NCBI GenBank assembly: GCA_008690995.1
Contig: VRMN01000001.1
Coordinates: forward strand, 2,728,001 to 2,792,000
Direction of reading: 5' to 3'
Origin: Porphyridium purpureum
Lineage: Eukaryota
DNA: 64,000 bases
Shown piece by piece: positions 1-10,017 of this stretch. Position 1 is the stretch's first letter; the number at the start of each line of letters is the position of its first letter. The notes beneath the pieces are model-generated. The model was not told the DNA's origin and did not search any database. It was given only the letters and a program-made list of their open reading frames with translations. The position numbers and the translations under genes were made by a program.

Positions 1-882
1 GAACGCCAGCTTTTCCAGAAGGCGGTGGATGAAGCATACGCAAGCGGGCTCATCGGGAAGAATGCATGCGGCTCCGATTTTGATTTTGAAATTGTGGTGC
101 ACCATGGCGCAGGAGCGTATGTCTGTGGTGAAGAGACTGCGCTGATTGAAAGCCTCGAGGGTAAAATGGGAAAACCGCGCCTGAAGCCGCCATTCCCGGC
201 AAAGCATGGTCTGTATGGCTGCCCGACAATGGTCAGCAACGTCGAGACCATCAGTAATTTGCCCACCATTCTGCGCCGCGGCGGCGAGTGGTACGGTGGA
301 CTGGGACGGCCCGGAAATTCAGGCACAAAGCTGTTCAGCATCAGCGGCCATGTCAATAACCCCACAACAGTTGAAGAGGAGATGAGCATTCCGCTACGGG
401 AGCTGATCGAGAGACACGCCGGTGGAGTGCGTGGCGGCTGGGACAATGCTCTGGCCATTATCCCTGGTGGGGTGTCGTGTCCGATGCTGCCAAAGGACAT
501 CTGCAATGAAGTGCTCATGGACTACGATGCGCTGTGGAGTGCCGGCTCCTCCTTTGGCACCGGCGCTGTGGTGGTCATGGACCGGTCGACGGATTTGGTC
601 GACGCCGTCCGCAGGCTCGAGTTCTTCTACATGCACGAGTCGTGCGGCCAGTGTACGCCGTGCCGCGAGGGAACGGGCATTCTGTACGAAGGGCTGGACC
701 GCATCATGAACAAGAAGGCGACCGCCGACGAATTGGACGACCTGCTGGACGTGTGCAAGAGCATACAGGGCCACACTGTGTGCGCGCTCGGCGATGCTGC
801 GGCATTGCCAGTGCATGGCCTCATCCGCTTCTTCCGCGACGACATCGAAAAACGGATTGCCGCGCAGCACCTATCCACGTGA
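1..882 (+). CDS. NDUFV1: NADH:ubiquinone oxidoreductase 51-kDa flavoprotein subunit (5' end outside window)
   Basis: [27 protein letters not shown] motif and [12 protein letters not shown]...C 4Fe-4S motif; frame is open from base 1. Confidence 0.97.
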   Translation, partial: ERQLFQKAVDEAYASGLIGKNACGSDFDFEIVVHHGAGAYVCGEETALIESLEGKMGKPRLKPPFPAKHGLYGCPTMVSNVETISNLPTILRRGGEWYGGLGRPGNSGTKLFSISGHVNNPTTVEEEMSIPLRELIERHAGGVRGGWDNALAIIPGGVSCPMLPKDICNEVLMDYDALWSAGSSFGTGAVVVMDRSTDLVDAVRRLEFFYMHESCGQCTPCREGTGILYEGLDRIMNKKATADELDDLLDVCKSIQGHTVCALGDAAALPVHGLIRFFRDDIEKRIAAQHLST

Positions 883-1140
883 GCCGCTGCTGCACGCGCG
901 TCACGCTGTAAGTAAACACAACGAAGTCCTCTGCGCACTGTACCTGATCCTTTCCCCCCCAACTGTACCGCTTCACCTGGAATCTCCGCCATACGAATTC
1001 CAGCGGGCATTAGTACGGAGAGGGAAACAGACGGACAGCCGTCAGCGCTCGCAGCCAGGGACGCGAGGGCGTGTGGAGACACGTGCTGGTCAGCCAGGTG
1101 GGCGCCGACCACTTCATCGTATAAGGTGCGTACAGGCAAC

Positions 1141-1941
1141 ATGCGAGCGCTCGGGCTTTGGCGACAAGCTGCCCGTTTTCCCCGAGCGGGGTGGAGCCAG
1201 TCGGCTCGTGGGTCAAGCAGTACGCGCGGCTGCGATAGGAAAGGCGCGATGGGTTACAGCTGCGCCGGTGGTGACATGAATGGCGGGTGGCATCCGCGGG
1301 GGTTGTACACGCTCGCGCGCGTGCCGCCTCGAAACGGTATCCTCGGTGCGAGCCGCGACACATTGCAGCACGGGTTCAAGCGCGGCCTGTTCTTCGACTC
1401 GCTCAACCCATTCGCTGTGGCTCCGAAAACTGATATGCCCTCGGCCTCAACGCATGCGGCGCGAAAGCACCACGAGCGGAGACTCGTGCCCTTCTCGCCC
1501 GATGAATTATACAGGGTTGTGCTCGATGTGGGGCAGTACAAGAATTTTGTGCCTTGGTGCGTCGAGTCCCACGTGATTCGCGCAGACGAGACTACACACG
1601 AGATGGAGGCGAAGCTCAAAGTTGGCTTCCGCGTGTTTAGTGAGGAGTACACGAGCGTGATTAATTATGTGCCGCGAAGCTCAGTCAGGGTGCGCGCTGT
1701 CAACAGCTCCCTCTTCAAGCACCTTGTGAACGAGTGGCGCTTTAAGCCGGGCCCGGATAAGCACAGCGCATGGCTCGACTTCATGGTCGACTTCCAGTTC
1801 AAGAATACGCTGTATCAAGGTGCGTCCAACCTTTTCTTCGACGAGGTCTGCAAGAAGATGGTGGAGTCGTTTGAAAACCGGTGTATGGACCTGTACAATC
1901 GGTCTACGCGCTACACGCGTGGTCCGTCGCGTAGATTCTAG
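1141..1941 (+). CDS. COQ10: Coenzyme Q-binding protein COQ10 (START/polyketide cyclase fold)
   Basis: LYRVVLDVGQYKNFVPWC...LKVGF...EEYTS...LFKHLVNEWRF...FENRC pattern; Arg-rich N-terminus from ATG 1141. Confidence 0.9.
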   Translation: MRALGLWRQAARFPRAGWSQSARGSSSTRGCDRKGAMGYSCAGGDMNGGWHPRGLYTLARVPPRNGILGASRDTLQHGFKRGLFFDSLNPFAVAPKTDMPSASTHAARKHHERRLVPFSPDELYRVVLDVGQYKNFVPWCVESHVIRADETTHEMEAKLKVGFRVFSEEYTSVINYVPRSSVRVRAVNSSLFKHLVNEWRFKPGPDKHSAWLDFMVDFQFKNTLYQGASNLFFDEVCKKMVESFENRCMDLYNRSTRYTRGPSRRF

Positions 1942-2170
1942 CCGTCACACAGCGATGGAAAGCATGATCACAATGAGTGCAAGCTCTTTCGGCTGGTGTA
2001 GTCGCATCGTACACCAGCTCCGTATCAATTTCCAGCGAAATCGAACACAAATTTTTGACTCGAATACAATGTCAAGGGCTCTGGCTCTTTCTTTTGCTTT
2101 CCTTTTCTGGGGCACGGCGCCATGACTTGTTTTCCTTTTCGTATGCGCATCTTCCGCGCGTTTGGTTCCA

Positions 2171-5065
2171 CTAGGAATTTGTAGATGAAGGGGTCTTGTC
2201 GCCTTTGAGTCTGGCGTCATGTGATTTTTCACGTAAGAACGTTCGATCGTGGTTTTGTAAGTTCGCCGCCTTGGACACCATGTTTTTGAATGGCCGCTTC
2301 CCCGTTGTTTCTCGCATCGACGACGACAAGAAGCTGACGGTGTCTGTACCCGTGTTGGATATTTTGTCAAACGGCGAGGTGGGAGGCGTGTCAAGCTCCT
2401 TGGTGGTGTCCATGTCTAGCCGCTCAAGGGCATAGCTGCCGTCTAGCACGCCGCATGGAAGGCCGTTGCGAAGCAGCGTTTCGTGAAATTCTGCACTACG
2501 CTTCCCCGGAGCCCACGTGGTCGCCTTGCGCTTCGTCGCGTCCTGTGCTGGTGCAGCTGAAGTGGCGGGGTTCGTTCCTTCCTCTTTAAACCACGAGCCC
2601 AAGCTATCACTCTCAGCAACTAGAAGGTCAACGCTGGCGTTCAATCCAAGCACGCACGACACAAAAAACTCAGAGACTTTTCCTGTGAACTTGAACGTGA
2701 GAGTCACATATTTGCGAGCCAATAGTTCCAGCTTGTTCTCCATCAAACGGACAGCCTCCGAGTCATGCAAAGTCCAATGCGGCTCAGCGCCCTCCTTCTT
2801 GGCTCGCATCTTGTGCGGGGAACGATGTAGAACTGACGAAGTCAATGAGCAGGTCCATCCACCATTACTTGCACCCGCTTGCTCCAGCAATGATGAAGCA
2901 AGCCCGCTGATTCTCAAATTCTCGAAACGAAGAAATAAAACTTCCGTGTCACGAGATAGACGCAGTAAGGTGTCGCGTCCCTTCAGACCGGTGGTATGAA
3001 TTAGATCTACCTGGACGCGTGCAAACACAGGCGAATGGTCGCTGGTGACAATCTGCTTGTGCGAAATATCCGAGTACTGCAGAATGGTGGAAGAGGAGCC
3101 ACGAAGACTGCGCACCAGCACGCGATCGCACCATGCCGGGGCACGGCCCTTTTCTGAACTGTACACTCTGCGCTGTGTTTCGGCGTCCCACACGCCCGGC
3201 GCATACTTGTACGTCGGCGGAAAGCACAGCTTGCCCTCTTTAAAGCCATAGAATGCTCGATTGAGAGCCCTTTGCTCAAAAAGCTGGTCACGCTTTCCAA
3301 GCACCGTCCACTGCTCGCTCGCAACGCACTCGAGTACCGTCTCTCGTGCTAAATCAATTCGGTAGTTCAGGTCGCCCATCCAAAACAGATGATGGCAGTG
3401 GCTAGTCATAATGTCTGGGCCACCGGGGTCTGCAATTTTCTTCAATCCGCGCACGATTTCCTCGTAGTCTTGGTTTCGCCGGAGTGTTTCGTTCTGATGC
3501 GCGGCCAAATGACTATTGATAAAGCAGAAAACTGTGTCAAACAAGGTGAAGCGCAACCCAATGGCGCCCTTGTTCCCGCCCACACCCGCCACTCCAACAT
3601 TCGTCGTATCACTCTTCACATTTCCGATGCGAGAAATGAGGCTCTCGCGCACATATACAGACAAGACGCGGTTCCAGTGATCCACGTGCGCCAGGCAGAC
3701 ATACTTTGTTTTCCGCATTGCCATCGCAGACGCGAGCATGGACTGCCAGTACTGAACCAGATACTTTCGTGATGACGGATCGAACGTGCACTCTTGCACG
3801 GCAACGACCACAATATCATCATCTCCGTTCATGTTTCCCTCTGCTCGATCTCTAGCCGCAGGAGCTTGGATCCAAGCACTTGGCTGCTCTGGTTTGGCAC
3901 CGCCCATGTTCCATGTATATAGCGCAACATTCACATCAACAGGCCGATGTGAATGTGGAATGGGAATAGCACGATGGTGTTGGTGAGGAAGATGCACATT
4001 AGAATGCAGGTGCGACAAACCTCTTGGGCCTAGTCCTGCCCCTGGCGAAATGCTAGGACCGGTAACACTGGAGCTTTCTCTTCCTTTCGACATCTTTCCC
4101 GGAAAGTCGCGGCGGGCTTCGCCCGAGAACTTGCGCGGTGAGGCAGGCAGCGAATGCGTGCCTCCGTCTTCATGAAAAGGGTCCGGACTCCGCAAGGGCA
4201 CAAAATTTAGCTTTCGCATTCGCGGACTTGCCGCAAATATCTGAGCGTCATTGTTCATACTTGCCACTCTGAGCTCGCGTTCTATGTCATCCAACTCGCC
4301 GTCCTCAGCCGGAATCTCCACCACAACTGTGCAGTCACCGATGCCAAAGTCTTCTATTTCTAAATCCGACTCATCCTCGTCGTTCAATGCGAGCGGTGAT
4401 GGCAAGAAGACCGCAGCAGACTGACCCGGCAAACCATTCTGTGATTCATGCTGCATGGGGCCCTCCTTGATGGACAGCACAAGCTCCATGAACATCTCAG
4501 CCTGTGCGCGGCTCTCAAATTTGAACAGTTTGCTTGGCGCTTCTTCTGTCATCAAATGCATGCTCACAGACGATGAGCCGACGCGCTCCAGGCCGCGCAC
4601 GGTTTGTATTCGATACGCGCGCTTGTGCTCATCACCCGCGGGCGTCATTTCATGAATGACACCTGCCACAAAATCAACGACCAGTTGCCGCCGTCTTCTC
4701 TGGTACAACGTGCGCCCTCGTTTCTCAATGCCAAACACATACGTCTGTGTGTCCGAAAAGTCAGCGTTTCGCGTCTTGTCAGCACCGCCGGGCGATGCAG
4801 CCGGCGCTTCTGCAGACGCAGGCGCAACCATTCCTTGCGCCGTGGTTGTGCCCACAGGCGAGTCCCCCATTCTGCTGAAGTTTGGCAGCACTGTCTTCAA
4901 ATCCAACGCCGGCCTTGCCCTATGCTTAACGCTATCCTTTCTTGGGCTGGCCGCGGCTGGAATGGCCGCAGACACCGACGCCGCTGGCGCGTCCGCAGCC
5001 TCCACCACCAATGCCTCGGCGTCCGCCGGATCCTGATGTTGTTGCTGCTCGCTCATCTGATCCAC
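2171..5065 (-). CDS. Inositol polyphosphate 5-phosphatase
   Basis: TWNMGG, GNKGAIG, NSHLAAH, FWMGDLNYRI, PAWCDRVL and SDHSPV motifs of the IPPc domain. Confidence 0.93.
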   Translation of the reverse strand: MDQMSEQQQHQDPADAEALVVEAADAPAASVSAAIPAAASPRKDSVKHRARPALDLKTVLPNFSRMGDSPVGTTTAQGMVAPASAEAPAASPGGADKTRNADFSDTQTYVFGIEKRGRTLYQRRRRQLVVDFVAGVIHEMTPAGDEHKRAYRIQTVRGLERVGSSSVSMHLMTEEAPSKLFKFESRAQAEMFMELVLSIKEGPMQHESQNGLPGQSAAVFLPSPLALNDEDESDLEIEDFGIGDCTVVVEIPAEDGELDDIERELRVASMNNDAQIFAASPRMRKLNFVPLRSPDPFHEDGGTHSLPASPRKFSGEARRDFPGKMSKGRESSSVTGPSISPGAGLGPRGLSHLHSNVHLPHQHHRAIPIPHSHRPVDVNVALYTWNMGGAKPEQPSAWIQAPAARDRAEGNMNGDDDIVVVAVQECTFDPSSRKYLVQYWQSMLASAMAMRKTKYVCLAHVDHWNRVLSVYVRESLISRIGNVKSDTTNVGVAGVGGNKGAIGLRFTLFDTVFCFINSHLAAHQNETLRRNQDYEEIVRGLKKIADPGGPDIMTSHCHHLFWMGDLNYRIDLARETVLECVASEQWTVLGKRDQLFEQRALNRAFYGFKEGKLCFPPTYKYAPGVWDAETQRRVYSSEKGRAPAWCDRVLVRSLRGSSSTILQYSDISHKQIVTSDHSPVFARVQVDLIHTTGLKGRDTLLRLSRDTEVLFLRFENLRISGLASSLLEQAGASNGGWTCSLTSSVLHRSPHKMRAKKEGAEPHWTLHDSEAVRLMENKLELLARKYVTLTFKFTGKVSEFFVSCVLGLNASVDLLVAESDSLGSWFKEEGTNPATSAAPAQDATKRKATTWAPGKRSAEFHETLLRNGLPCGVLDGSYALERLDMDTTKELDTPPTSPFDKISNTGTDTVSFLSSSMRETTGKRPFKNMVSKAANLQNHDRTFLREKSHDARLKGDKTPSSTNS

Positions 5066-5232
5066 TCATCCAAGTTCATCAACTCGCTGCGTCGTGTTGT
5101 CCCCGGCACACACGGCTTGTCCCTCGCACCATCTGCACTCCGGCTCAGAATCCCCCCATCCAACATGAGCTGAGTGGAAAAAAGCGGGACAGTCCACTGT
5201 ACACCACTCGCCCCAAGAAACCGAAACTTCTT

Positions 5233-5320
5233 CGGCTATTCGGCTATTCGGCTATTCGGCTATTCGGCTATTCGGCTATTCGGCTATTCGGCTATTCGGC
5301 TATTCGGCTATTCGGCTATT
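5233..5320. repeat. Perfect tandem repeat (CGGCTATT)x11
   Basis: Read directly; lies between two divergently transcribed genes. Confidence 0.97.
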
Positions 5321-5426
5321 CCAAGTGGGACATGTCTGGGGAAACGGGACGGCGAGAAGTAGCGGGTTCGAGGGTCAGTGATGCAGGAGCAAGACCTTGA
5401 CGCACGCATGTGCGTGGTGCGTAGCG

Positions 5427-8400
5427 ATGCGGCCGTCGAGTCGCTGCAGCCGCAGTATCCTGATGCTGTGTGGCGCCGTGGTGTTCATGGGGATGGCCTT
5501 CGGTGTTTACTGGCAAAGCGTGCGCGTGCACGAAGCCCTCAAACAGACACCGCCCAGCTCTCATGATACCGAAAGATCGCTCAAATTCGCACATGGTCTC
5601 AGTGCAGATGGAGAGGCGCTCGCGCATGTGAACGTGCGTGAAAGGGTTGCACGGAACGAAACAGACATCGTACACCGAATCGAACGGAAAGATCGCGGTG
5701 GCACTGCTCAGCGTCGCGAGTTCGAAAACCTCCCTGATCCGCGATCAGAAAGCCAGGCGATGAATGATGGAAAACCAGGGCAGCACGAGAGCGAAAGAAG
5801 GAGCGGATTTCACCCGACTCAGACACCGTCTGCCTTGGCTGAGAATGCAGCGCCGTTTCCGAGCACGTCTTTCAACTCGGGGCCTGGCAAAGAACCGAAG
5901 CCGGTAGAGCTTGACATACGATTGCTTCAGCATTCGAGCGTGATTTTGTCTCAGTGGAATGCACCTAGAGCGAAAATACGCATGTCCGAGGAGGGTCTTC
6001 TGCTTGCGAGGCATTTACGTTCAGATCGCGAAGATGTGCAATGCACCGGCGGGGCAAAGTTGGCACGGTTGCCAAGTTTGGCTGAATGGGGGAATTCTTC
6101 CAATGGCAGGAAAAAGCTTTATGTCTCAGATGCTTATCTGGTGAGAACAGCAGACGACGGAGGGCATGATGGTGATGGAAAGGCAGCGAATGCGACCTTT
6201 TCCGCACACTTTTTGCTGAGTCTCCACGGTCCGCATTCGTCCAGCAAATTCTCGCTGCTCAATGTTGGCTTTGCAGTTGAGCTTGAGCTTTACTCGGATA
6301 TTCCTCGCGTGGCAAAAGCTTTGACTCCGACTGCTACGGTGCGCTGTTATCTCGAACCTCCCGTGCGACCACTGCCACAAGAGCAAGGCGACAACGAAGA
6401 GACCGGGGAAGCACCGTGGGTTCAAACGATGTATGCTTACTTCTGCGATGAAGTTCGGGTGTCTTTTGAAAATGGTCCGAGTGCGTTTACAAGCTTTGGT
6501 GCCCGTCTCCTTTTTCGGGCTCTAGACGAGCTCCGTAGTATGGAGCCGACATTTGATGCTCAGTCGCACATTAATCTAGTTTTGTGTGAATGGGACATCA
6601 AAAGCGGTATACTTCCCCCTCCGCAGAAGGTCGACTTTTCTATCGTGACCATGTTGCGCTCGAGTGAACCAGATGAAGCAAATGGACATGGCAGAAAGTC
6701 CATCACACAGAGAGCGGATTTCTTGCAGGAGTGGCTCTCGTACCATTTCTTTTTGGGCGTACGGTCCTTTGTTATATACGTGGATGGCACGTGCGACAAG
6801 ACTCTGAGAGAGCTTTTGGCTCCATTTTTGCAGGCGGGCCTTGCCATGTGTATTCCTACGACGAGAGTACATGTGATGAATGATCATGACACAAACACTT
6901 CAACAAGAGCACAGAATCGCGACCCTGAACTGGTTCACCGCGGCATGGTTTTCGCCGTGCATGTAGACCGTTTTCGGCAATTTTCGCGCTACATCGTCTT
7001 TTTGAGCATCGACGAATTCCTCATTCTCGACGATCGTTTCACAACACCCAATTCAACAAACTCAACATTTCCATCAAGTATGGGGCCGCCGAGTCAGAAC
7101 CCGTTGGCGAGATTTCTACAAAGCATAGATGTCGTTTCGGGTCGCCTTCCGTGCGGCGTGAGAACAGGTGAATTTATCAGCTTTCGGCATGATAGTCAAT
7201 CAGCACACTCTTTGTTGACCGAGATGTGTACAACAGAAGGTTTGGTCATTCAGTCTGATCGGTTGCAAACCATTTTTGATGCAAAGGAAGTGAGTGTGTA
7301 TACAAACGCTCACGGACCATCTGGATATATCTCGAGTACCTGTACAGAGCTGGTTGCGCCTCGACAGGACTTCTTTGTCGCCAGCGTTTGCGGGGATAGT
7401 CAGGTTTCACCCACGAGCATGACCCAAGCGCGTCAAAGACTTGAGCTCAAGAATCTCGCCAACGTTACTCGCGGCATACTGAAGCAGCTAGGTATGCTCA
7501 GTGATGTAGAATTCGATCTTCGCACGGCAAGAATTCTGAATGTGTCGGTGCCGGTGCGGTCATCCGATCCCTTTGGACCTCGTTCAATGTATTACAAGGA
7601 CTCGACGAAGCAGAGCAAGCACAACGGGGAAGCGATACCTGAAGAAGTGGGCGCGAGTTCTGTTCGAGAGGCGGAAACCCGAGGAACAATTGACAGCAAA
7701 ATAGCACCTGCTTGCACAAATGCCGGTCATATCGCCAGCATGGGATCTCTTGTCCAATGGTCAGGGTTGCGTGAAAGCGGCGACAGAGATGCCAATTTAA
7801 CCGAAGGCATAGACCTGAGTCTGCGCCACTTGTTTCTCTTGGACGCATACGTGGTTCGATTGCCGGCATCATTATTAACCGCACCCAGTCGACCTCGTTT
7901 CTCAGTCCACTTTCTGGTGAAGTATCGTGGCCCGTTTATGTCCACTCCTTTCTCGCTGCTCAACCACGGCTTGCCATTTAAAGTGGCTTTGCGAGGCGGC
8001 CGCACGAGTAGCCAGCAAATGATCACCGTGTCTTGCACTGTGGATCCACCCCCTGGCGAATACAAGGAAGTCGAGACCATGCGCGAAACTTGGTACGGGT
8101 ACCATTGTGAGTCGTTCACCATCGAAGATACAGACGACGTTTCCTCTCCAGCCGTGGTCAACAGCGTACGCATATATATAGATATCGAAGATCAGGAGTG
8201 GCTCGGCCGATTAGCCCACAACTTTCAGGCCACGTCGACGGTCCCGATGACTCTTTGCGAGTGGGACGCTGGAGCCGGCATCACGCGTCCGAGGACTTCT
8301 GGAGAACCGTCAGCCGTCGCTTTGGTAACTATGGTCGATCCCGATTACTTTCTGTTCGACTTGTTTGGAAACCGACAACCGTCGGCTCTCGAACGCCTTC

Positions 8401-9245
8401 CCGAGTGGCTGGCGTATCACTTGCATCTAGGCTTCCGTGACATTACTGTGTACGTCGATGGTGATCTTGCGCTCGTCGCGAAGGCGTTGGAGCCTTTTGT
8501 GCTCACTGGAGCCGTTCGCATTATTCAGTCCTTCAAGAATCGAATTCTTTCCGAGCCGGCACCTAAGTGGCAAGCGCTCATGGGCAAAAATGCGAAAGGG
8601 ATGCTACTGCGAAAGCGCGACCATCAGCGAGCTGTTTTTTCGGCGCATGCGGATCGATTTGGCGCCCATTTTCAAGGCATCATGTTCCTTGATGTCGACG
8701 AGTTTCTTTTGATCGCACCTAGGCTGAGTATGAGCCCCGCAAACACTGAGCGAAAGGGCGAGCCCGTCACGCCATTGCGAGGGCTTTTAATTCATTTGAC
8801 GTCGGTATCAATGAGCTGGAATGAAGCGCCAGGAGAAAAGCGGAAATTTTGCCAGTTCAGGTTCCGCTGGTGGTACCACGAGTATCGTCAACGAGAAGCT
8901 GCTGGGTCGCCAGTCGCACGCTCTCCTGACTCAGAGCTCGTGTTGCAAAAATTTCAGTTCCGGCGTACGACGCCGGCACAGAAAAGCGATCGTGGCGCAA
9001 GCAAAGCACTGTTTCTTGGTGAGTTCGCGACGTTTTACTGTAACCAGCACGGTCTCTTCAAGTTTTCGAACGGTGCATGCAAAGAGCTTGCGGTGGAGGC
9101 GGAAGTGGCGTACATAGGACACTTTCGCTACGCTAAGAATCCCCTAATCACTAATACTTTAACAGAATATGCCATCGACAAGTCTCTGGTTGCCAACGTG
9201 CAGAAAACGCTAGACAACATTGCGGCCGGGACCTGGTCGCCGTAA
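5427..9245 (+). CDS. Type II membrane glycosyltransferase-like protein with two tandem GT92/GT-A-like domains
   Basis: N-terminal TM helix; duplicated blocks EWLSYHFFLGVRSFVIYVDG / EWLAYHLHLGFRDITVYVDG and FLSIDEFL / FLDVDEFL. Confidence 0.72.
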   Translation: MRPSSRCSRSILMLCGAVVFMGMAFGVYWQSVRVHEALKQTPPSSHDTERSLKFAHGLSADGEALAHVNVRERVARNETDIVHRIERKDRGGTAQRREFENLPDPRSESQAMNDGKPGQHESERRSGFHPTQTPSALAENAAPFPSTSFNSGPGKEPKPVELDIRLLQHSSVILSQWNAPRAKIRMSEEGLLLARHLRSDREDVQCTGGAKLARLPSLAEWGNSSNGRKKLYVSDAYLVRTADDGGHDGDGKAANATFSAHFLLSLHGPHSSSKFSLLNVGFAVELELYSDIPRVAKALTPTATVRCYLEPPVRPLPQEQGDNEETGEAPWVQTMYAYFCDEVRVSFENGPSAFTSFGARLLFRALDELRSMEPTFDAQSHINLVLCEWDIKSGILPPPQKVDFSIVTMLRSSEPDEANGHGRKSITQRADFLQEWLSYHFFLGVRSFVIYVDGTCDKTLRELLAPFLQAGLAMCIPTTRVHVMNDHDTNTSTRAQNRDPELVHRGMVFAVHVDRFRQFSRYIVFLSIDEFLILDDRFTTPNSTNSTFPSSMGPPSQNPLARFLQSIDVVSGRLPCGVRTGEFISFRHDSQSAHSLLTEMCTTEGLVIQSDRLQTIFDAKEVSVYTNAHGPSGYISSTCTELVAPRQDFFVASVCGDSQVSPTSMTQARQRLELKNLANVTRGILKQLGMLSDVEFDLRTARILNVSVPVRSSDPFGPRSMYYKDSTKQSKHNGEAIPEEVGASSVREAETRGTIDSKIAPACTNAGHIASMGSLVQWSGLRESGDRDANLTEGIDLSLRHLFLLDAYVVRLPASLLTAPSRPRFSVHFLVKYRGPFMSTPFSLLNHGLPFKVALRGGRTSSQQMITVSCTVDPPPGEYKEVETMRETWYGYHCESFTIEDTDDVSSPAVVNSVRIYIDIEDQEWLGRLAHNFQATSTVPMTLCEWDAGAGITRPRTSGEPSAVALVTMVDPDYFLFDLFGNRQPSALERLPEWLAYHLHLGFRDITVYVDGDLALVAKALEPFVLTGAVRIIQSFKNRILSEPAPKWQALMGKNAKGMLLRKRDHQRAVFSAHADRFGAHFQGIMFLDVDEFLLIAPRLSMSPANTERKGEPVTPLRGLLIHLTSVSMSWNEAPGEKRKFCQFRFRWWYHEYRQREAAGSPVARSPDSELVLQKFQFRRTTPAQKSDRGASKALFLGEFATFYCNQHGLFKFSNGACKELAVEAEVAYIGHFRYAKNPLITNTLTEYAIDKSLVANVQKTLDNIAAGTWSP

Positions 9246-9297
9246 TCAACGTGAAAGGCGTCCTGCCGTAGCAGTAGTACCCGGAAAAAAGTGGTTT

Positions 9298-9843
9298 TTA
9301 CCTCAAGCCAAAAGTGTCAACACTGCCACACTTCTTGCAAGTGCGCTTGGCTTCATCCGCACGATATCCGGCAATGATTGGTGGCAGGTCCTTTACCAGG
9401 TCGTGGCAGACAAATGCTTCTTCATAGAGCATTGCTTTACACTGCGGCTGATCACAATACCAGCGCATCAGATCGACTTCACCTGCACGTCTGTCACGTT
9501 CGACGACCAAGCCGAGAGAGTCCGGCAAGCGTTGCGGGCTGTGCGGCACTCCCGCGGGCAGACAAAACGTACTCCCTTCTCTGATATGGATATCTCGAAA
9601 TACGACGTCCGCTGAGCCCTCACCAGAAGCAGCGCCCTCAACGACTTTTAGCACCATGTCCCCTTTGAGCTGGTAGAAGAGCTCTTCACCTGCCTCCACA
9701 TGGTAGTCGTTCCGAACATTCGGTCCGGCCACCAACATCACTTTGAACTCATTGCCATACAATAGCATATTTCCCACCGGCGGCTTGAGAGCAGCTAGAT
9801 TCGAGCTGTTGCTCATCCAGCCGGCAAGGTCAAATGCTTCCAT
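9298..9843 (-). CDS. HAAO: 3-hydroxyanthranilate 3,4-dioxygenase
   Basis: LKPPVGN, VAGPNVRNDYH...EELFYQLKG, PHSPQR and two C-terminal Cys pairs; ATG at 9843. Confidence 0.95.
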   Translation of the reverse strand: MEAFDLAGWMSNSSNLAALKPPVGNMLLYGNEFKVMLVAGPNVRNDYHVEAGEELFYQLKGDMVLKVVEGAASGEGSADVVFRDIHIREGSTFCLPAGVPHSPQRLPDSLGLVVERDRRAGEVDLMRWYCDQPQCKAMLYEEAFVCHDLVKDLPPIIAGYRADEAKRTCKKCGSVDTFGLR

Positions 9844-9863
9844 TTTGTCGGCCACGCTTGCTA

Positions 9864-9910
9864 TCTTGCTTGCTTTCTTGCTTGCTTTCTTGCTTGCTTT
9901 CTGGCTGGCT
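9864..9910. repeat. Short 12-bp tandem repeat (TCTTGCTTGCTT-like), ~4 copies
   Basis: Read directly just upstream of the HAAO ATG. Confidence 0.8.
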
Positions 9911-10017
9911 TCTCTCCACGAGACAACTGCGACTCTCACATTTCATCAGCGAAAAGTTCGGTTCAAACGGTTCAGGCGGCTAACGACAGAGAAACTGCTT
10001 CTGAAGCTACCGTCACC

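Noticed and set aside
5233..5320. Repeat array considered as CRISPR
   Set aside because: No spacers, 8-bp unit, eukaryotic context and no cas genes
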